Assembly: GCA_907165135.1 (NCBI GenBank)
Contig: OU015566.1
Span: forward strand, 5,270,001 to 5,334,000
Direction: 5' to 3'
Source of the DNA: Oikopleura dioica
Lineage: Eukaryota; Animalia; Chordata
DNA: 64,000 bases
Position numbers and translations under genes: made by a program. The notes beneath the pieces were generated by a model. That model worked only from the letters and a program-made list of their open reading frames with translations. It was not told the origin of the DNA and ran no database searches. How positions within the stretch are numbered: the first letter of the stretch is position 1; each line of letters begins with the position of its first letter. Below, piece by piece: positions 57,801-64,000 of the stretch.

Positions 57801-60800
57801 TGCATTCACACGTAGTGCCACTCCATGTTTCTTTGCACTCAGCGCCCTTGGAGCAGGTGGAAGATTTGCATCGTTCTTGCGGATTACATCCGTCGAGAAT
57901 AGTTCCGACTTGGGACATTAACGGGCTTTCGGAAACGCCAGATCGAACATCGGTGACTTTGACGCCAGCAATGCAGCCTACCAATTTGTGTTTTGCTTTG
58001 TCGCCAATGATGAGACCAGCAGTGGGAGTAGCAGTGCCACTTCTAGCGTTGATGATCAATTGATCGTCCACGAAAATGTATGTTCGACTGGTGGAAGCTT
58101 TGATTCTGATTTGGTGCCATTCGCCGTCGCTGATAAGAGCCGTGATGCACTGGTCGGCACAAGAATGTCTCGAGCGTTTTGTATGGAGTTGAAGATAGCC
58201 ATCGACAATGACAAGTTCGCTCTCGTCGTTTTCGAAAGTAAGGATCGAGGTTGAAGTGGATTCGGTTCTGATTTGGAAGTAAACTTCAAAGTCTTGTCGA
58301 TCAACGAGATTCTTCAAGTTGCGAACTCGGATGTAGCCGTTGACCAATCGTTTTGCGTGATTTTTGGTGTTGGTTTCGCATCGATTGCCAGTAAGATGAT
58401 CTGGACAAGAGCACTGAATCTGCCCGCCGAGCTTGGTACAAGTTCCGACGTTGTTGCAGATTTTGTCGTCGCAGGAGGTAGAAGACATGTCGCAGCCGAC
58501 TTGAGAATTGCTCGAAGCAAGAGGCGTCATGAGATCCTTGAATTTGCCATTGATCTTCAAGTTTCGAAGACAACCGGTGAATCCATCGTCTCTGAGGAAT
58601 TCCGGAACGCCTCCGACAAAAAGCGGTCCAGTCAAATCCATTGTCGCCGGTTCCTTGTCCGAAATGACCAATTCTGCGGCGCATTCATTTCCATCTGAGC
58701 GGAAGCAATCACTGATCATGATGTTCAAAACTCGTTTCTTTCCCTTTCCGTCGAGAAGATGAAAGTCTCCTTTGGTCTCTTTCAGCAGGCGCGCTTCATG
58801 GCGGTACTGAACACGGACTTTTTCGAACTCTCCAGAAGCGACGTTTCTGTTTATGTGAAGAGAATGCGTTTTACCGCCAGTAGAAAGTTCCACATAGATC
58901 TTTCCGTTGCGCAATAAGACTGAGAAATGATCGCCTTCTGGGCTTAATCGGCCGTTGTGGAGCACGATGGCATTCTTGACCACTGTTCTGAGCTCGAATT
59001 CTACCGTCAGTTCCCAGCGTGATTCCAGTCCAGGGAGCATGATGAACGAGTTTTTGCCGTTGAAGCTTCTCGTATCTGCATCGCAGAACTTATTCTCTAC
59101 ACCTGGCTGGCATTTGCACTCGTAGCCACCTTTGAGAAGATTTTGGCAGCTTTTGGCTCCACCACCGCAAGTTAATGGGCCATCATCGCAGCGGCCTTTT
59201 CCCTCGACGAGTTCGCAGTGCTCCCCGCGAGTTCCTGCGGGACATTGGCAAACGTAGCCAGTTTCCATGGGCGTACAAGTTCCGCCGTTTTGACATGGCG
59301 CGGACCAACAAGAGTTGACGGGAGATTGACATAATTGCCCAGCGCCGTAGCCGCTTGGGCACACGCAGCGGGTCCGTTTCTGCATCACGAGACGGCGAAA
59401 AATAACATCGCGCGATTTGACAAACTCAGCTTTCTTGGCAAAGGCAACACCGGGAACGCAAATGTTGAAAGCTTGACAAGGCTCTCTAGAGCAGGTTTCG
59501 GAATCGCTTAGATCCGCTATTCGCGGGCTGATTTCGCGCTGTTTGAGGTAGACCAGTGCGCTCAGCTCTGAGCTAGAAAAGTACTCGCCGTTTTCTTTTC
59601 TCACTGCGAGGATGATTTCGACGTTGTCTTTGGATTGCTGCGCATCGAAGACAATCACGTGATCGGATTTGCTGACTCCCACAGCCCTTGAGACGGATGA
59701 GCGGAAGTTCTGGAAATCCACTGAAAATATTTTGTTAGCGGAAAAGATAAATAAGGCCACTTCCGAGAGCGCTTTTTACTCTCGAGTAAATTTGGCATCG
59801 AACAAACGTCAAATGATGCAATCGACTGTACTAGAATGATTCGACTCGTAGAAAAATAAACAAACCTTGAAGAAACTGCTCGAGGTTCTGTCGCACTACT
59901 GTTAACACGATGGCATTTTCGAGCGCCTCGTCCGTCACCATCTTGACCTCAATCGTAAGTGTTGCCTCAGCTTTGTTAAGGCCGTCTTTGATCCACACTC
60001 GGATTGGCGCTGTAAACTCGCGAATCGCCGCTAAATTTGGGCCCACCGCGAGTTCTCCAGATGTTTTGTTCACCTGAACGTACAATTGTAAACTCTTTAT
60101 CGTAATTTTACTACTGTCTCTTTTCGTTTGAAGATCAAACAAGACTATCATTCAAACAATGCAGAATTTCTGTATTTGCTCAATCTTTACCTTCACAAGT
60201 TCTTCCTGTCCCTCCTGCCCGAACTCGAAAATGTCCATCACATCGGGGTCGAAGAAGTTCAACTGGCCGATAACTCGGTTGATTGGAAATTCAGTATCGT
60301 CTCCGGCTACGTCTTCCATCAGGGAAGGCCGGCTACTTGTACTTTTCTGGACAAAGTTGTTGAATGTTATGTACATGTCTTTGAGGGTGGGAGTGTTGTC
60401 GTTGATGTCAAGGACTTCTATTGTGAGGTCTTCGGTTGTTTGGAGCGAATCGGAGAAAACCTAAATGAAACCATAAATTTGTGAAATCAAGGAAGAATAT
60501 CTAATTTTCACAAATTTTTAAGATGATAAAAAACTTCTTTGATCTTCTAGTATGATATCATTCCTTTGGTAGGTAAATTTTACCTGAACTGTGATTGTAT
60601 AGTTTCTCTTCTTTTCAAAGTCCAGTGGCTGGCGCAGTTCCAGCTCGCCCGTTGCCGAGTCCAAATAGAACATATTGTTCGTCTCCTGATTCGGCAGCAG
60701 AAAGTACTCAAGATTCGCATTATCCCCAATATCTCGGTCATCCGCTTCAATTTTCGCGATGATCGTGCCTGGATCCTTGTCTTCTCGTACGTAGTAGCGC

Positions 60801-63667
60801 TTCTTGCTCGATTCAAAGTGGGGCGCATTGTCGTTGACGTCCAAAACAGTGATCATTACTGTAGCCTTTGCGTAGAGGGACGGTGTTCCATGATCGCGAG
60901 CTTCAATTTCCAGTTCATAACAGGGCGTGGTTTCGCGATCCAGCGGCTTGCCCAGACGAATCGTCCCGTCGTACGTATCAATCAGGAAGTAGCCGAGTTC
61001 ATTTGGATCCACACGCGACAACTAGAGGATTTTTTTAATAAACAAATTTGACATTTTCAACAATATCAGTGTGGCTGCAAACACGGGCGCCTCGCGATTA
61101 CTGTATCTGCTGCTGATTACCTGATAGGAAATGGCGCCGTTGCGACCTTCGTCCGCGTCTTGTGCAATGACAGTAGTGATGATAGAATTGACATGTGCGT
61201 CTTCCGGAATTGTGACTTTGATTTCGCGCTTTTCGAAGACCGGAGGGTTGTCGTTGACGTCCATGACGTTGATCTCAACCTTGGCGCGGTCGGTTTTTTG
61301 AGGAATTCCATGATCTCTTGCAATGATCTGAAGTAAAAGATGAGGATTAAGCTCAGGATCAACAACTTACCTCGAAGCTGTAGTATTTAGTCTGTTCGTT
61401 ATCGAGATTTTCAAGCAGCGAAATCACACCACTCTCCTCATCCAATTTAAACAGCTTCTCGATTTCTTCCTGCGCGATTCCTTGGCCAATTGTATAACTA
61501 ACACGGGCGTTGTCGCCGGAATCAGAATCCGTTGCAGCGATTTTGCCGATTATCTGCCCTGGCGCTTTATCCTTGAGACAACAAAATTGAGAAACTATTA
61601 GCGGATTATGAAGATTACCTCTGAGACGTTGATAATATAAACATCTTTGTCAAACACAGGTGCGTAGGAGTTTTTGTCCTGCACATGAATGTTCAGAATA
61701 GCTCTCGCTCGGTGCCCGACAAGATCGGTAGCAATGAGGGTAAGGGCGTAGGTCTTATGGTCCGAATAATCCAGGTTTGTTCCTAGAATGACATTTCCGC
61801 CACCAAGCCCATCTGATTGAACGAAAAAGACGCCGTTGTCGGATCGCTCATCGATTTCCAGCTCGATCTGGTCGGCCAAGTCCAAATCGACGAGAACATC
61901 GTTTTTCGAAATTTTGAAAACAACGCTTCCGGGACGCGAGTCTTCCGCTACCTTGACGCTGAAACTGCTCTGGCTGAATTTCGGAGGACTGTCGTTCACA
62001 TCGATCAGGTTGACTCGAAGGTCGACAATGTCGGATAAGCCGCCGCCGTCGGTAGCTTTGACTTGGAATTCGTAGTGGTCGATGGTCTCGCGATCGAGCT
62101 TCTTGACCAAAGTTATTCGGCCGGTATTACTGTCGATTGCAAAAGGGAGAAGTTTGGGAGAAATCAACTCGTAGGAAAGCTTCCCATTTGGGCTGTTAGG
62201 ATCGTCCTTGTCCGAGGCAATGGCGAATGTAACTGTGTGGCCGATTCTAGCGTCTTCTTTGACCCGGGCGACGAGAGGATTAATGTTGAAGTGCGGCGCG
62301 TTGTCATTGAGATCGACGATAATGACCGACACGGTCACGATTGACTCTTGCCTCCGTCGACCATGATCTTGAGCACGAACACGGAGCTCAAACTTCCGGT
62401 TTAGTTCGAAGTCCAAATCGCGGATCAAGTTAATATCACCGGAAGTGGCATCAACGGCGAAGGTATCCTTGTCATTCATCAACGCGTAGGTAACTCGGCC
62501 ATTTTCCCCTTCATCGGCATCTGTTGCCTTGACTGAAATGACTTTGGTCCCGATTTTCGTTCCTTCGGAAAGACGAACTTCCAACTCGTCTTTTGCAAAA
62601 ACAGGTGGCGAGTCGTTGTCGTCGAGGATCGTTACTTCCACGCTTGTCTTTAAAACAAATGGTTAGGTTTGTGAGAGCCACTTGATTAGGGTTATTTACA
62701 CTGCCATGAAATTATTATTTGCTGTAAATTGGAAAAGCACTTGACTAGAGCTGCGTTTATCGAGGTCCTTAAAGGACGCGCCAAAAGTTCAATTTTGCTG
62801 GAATTTGGAATTCCATTTGTTTCAATAAAGACAATGCTAGTCAAAGAAGCTTTGAGACACCAACGCAGGTGAAAATTCCCAAACAATGGTGATCAACCAG
62901 TAGCTGGGCAACATGGCGTGTGCCCAAACACACCCGTGAACTTGTTTGTTGTTTGACGATTCTAGTTGTATTTTTACCTGGCTCTGATGAATTGGACTTT
63001 GACTGTCCTTGGCGATAACGTAGAACTTATAGAAGGCGATTTTTTCGCGATCGAGTTTTTCGTGGGTCATTATTCGCCCGTATTTGTCGATTGTAAACGC
63101 AGTTGGGGATTTTCGCGATTTCTTCTCGACAAGAGAGAGCCTCAAATTGCCCTGATCCATCAGATCCTTGTCCGTGACATCGACAGAGCCGACGATTGTC
63201 CGCGTGGGAGTGGATTCGTGAACCGAGAATTTGTACTCGCTCTGGCCGAAAACCGGCTCGTTGTCGTTGACGTCGTTGACGTGGATAAGCAACCAGCAGA
63301 AACTGGCTTCGTTGGTCTTTGTGTTGCTCGCTGTGACTTTGAATTTGTATTGCGTTTTCGTCTTTCCTTCGGGATCCTCCAGGTCGATCTCAGCTGCGAC
63401 TGTAACGACGCCAGATTTGTCCATGACAAAGACGGGATTGCGCTGCTCCTCGACAGAAGCCCTCCAAGCCTGCATCGAGTAGTTGACATTTGAGTCGGTC
63501 TCGCTGAAAGCCTGGATGTGCGCGACGACGGATCCGATTTTCGAGTTCTCATCGACCTTTTCTTCGACGATGTTATTTGGGTAGTTGAAGACAGGCCTGA
63601 GCGCGTAGGAATATTCCGCGAGGAATAAATAAGGGAGGAGTCCTCCGAGCCATGATATAGCTTTCAA
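54864..63667 (-). CDS. CELSR: Cadherin EGF LAG seven-pass G-type receptor (CELSR/flamingo/starry night orthologue)
   Basis: Signal peptide, 9 cadherin repeats (DxNDNxP linkers, DRE/DFE motifs, ITFNN in EC9), EGFs, two laminin-G domains, EGF-laminin, hormone-receptor motif, GAIN/GPS CVFW...WSPHGC...CSCAHLSTFAILM, 7TM, cytoplasmic exons ending ...SILKNTPSSSQATTTS* (TAG 54864-54866). Canonical GT-AG introns with consistent phases. Confidence 0.96.
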
Positions 63668-64000
63668 ATGCGTTGAAAAATCGGTTGAAAGAGGGTTTGT
63701 AAAAGAGGGTTGATTTTTGTAAATATTTTATTGAATGAGTATTTACTGAAGATGTCCAACAAGCAGCAGGGGAGGAGGCTAACCGCATCACGATAAACTT
63801 TATTTAGTGCTAAAATTTTTGCGGTCTCAGGTTCGCACGAGGCGGTGCTGTTTCCGGCTGAACATTTTTACGGGCGCCTGCAAACACAGATGTACCTTTC
63901 CGCGGCGATTGACATGCGCGCAACTATTTGCGAAAAAAAAGACAACTCGAAAGAATAATTTGTTGCGGTCAAAAAGTCATTCTTCTATTTGCTACGGTAC

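Noticed and set aside
1-64000. tRNA, rRNA, snRNA or SL-RNA genes and autonomous transposase/retroelement ORFs
   Set aside because: None recognised by eye; a covariance-model scan (tRNAscan-SE, Infernal/Rfam) would be needed to exclude them.

Overview
Eukaryotic, gene-dense window with many 35-50 nt introns and recurrent non-canonical GA/GG/GC-AG splice donors. This pattern strongly suggests the larvacean tunicate Oikopleura dioica or a close relative (inference; no database search was run). Left to right: the 5' part of an EML (HELP+WD40) gene (-, runs off the left edge); a coiled-coil exon; a secreted Cys-rich/Sushi/VWA gene (+); a small 4-TM gene (+); a roughly 26.5-kb, ~4,700-aa single-pass mosaic gene (-; EGF/Sushi/SEA/4xVWA/many FN3/mucin/SEA-like/EGF/TM with a Crumbs-like GxYxPS tail); a divergent nicotinic acetylcholine receptor alpha-like gene (-); an LDH/MDH-fold pseudo-enzyme (+); a BTB gene (-); an HFRxG 'Sib/integrin-beta-like' secreted mosaic gene (-); partly disabled Cys-rich/CTL-like/CUB-like/beta-propeller genes (+); and a complete CELSR/flamingo gene (-). 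Four non-autonomous DNA transposons with perfect target-site duplications lie in or just upstream of the giant gene. The most striking is a 323-bp hAT-type MITE inserted into a coding exon. It carries a GTAATT donor in its TIR, and the duplicated target site supplies an AG acceptor, so it could be spliced out in frame (an intron in the making). A neighbouring GA-AG intron bounded by a 7-bp direct repeat may be an older product of the same process. Several single-base homopolymer frameshifts suggest residual assembly errors.
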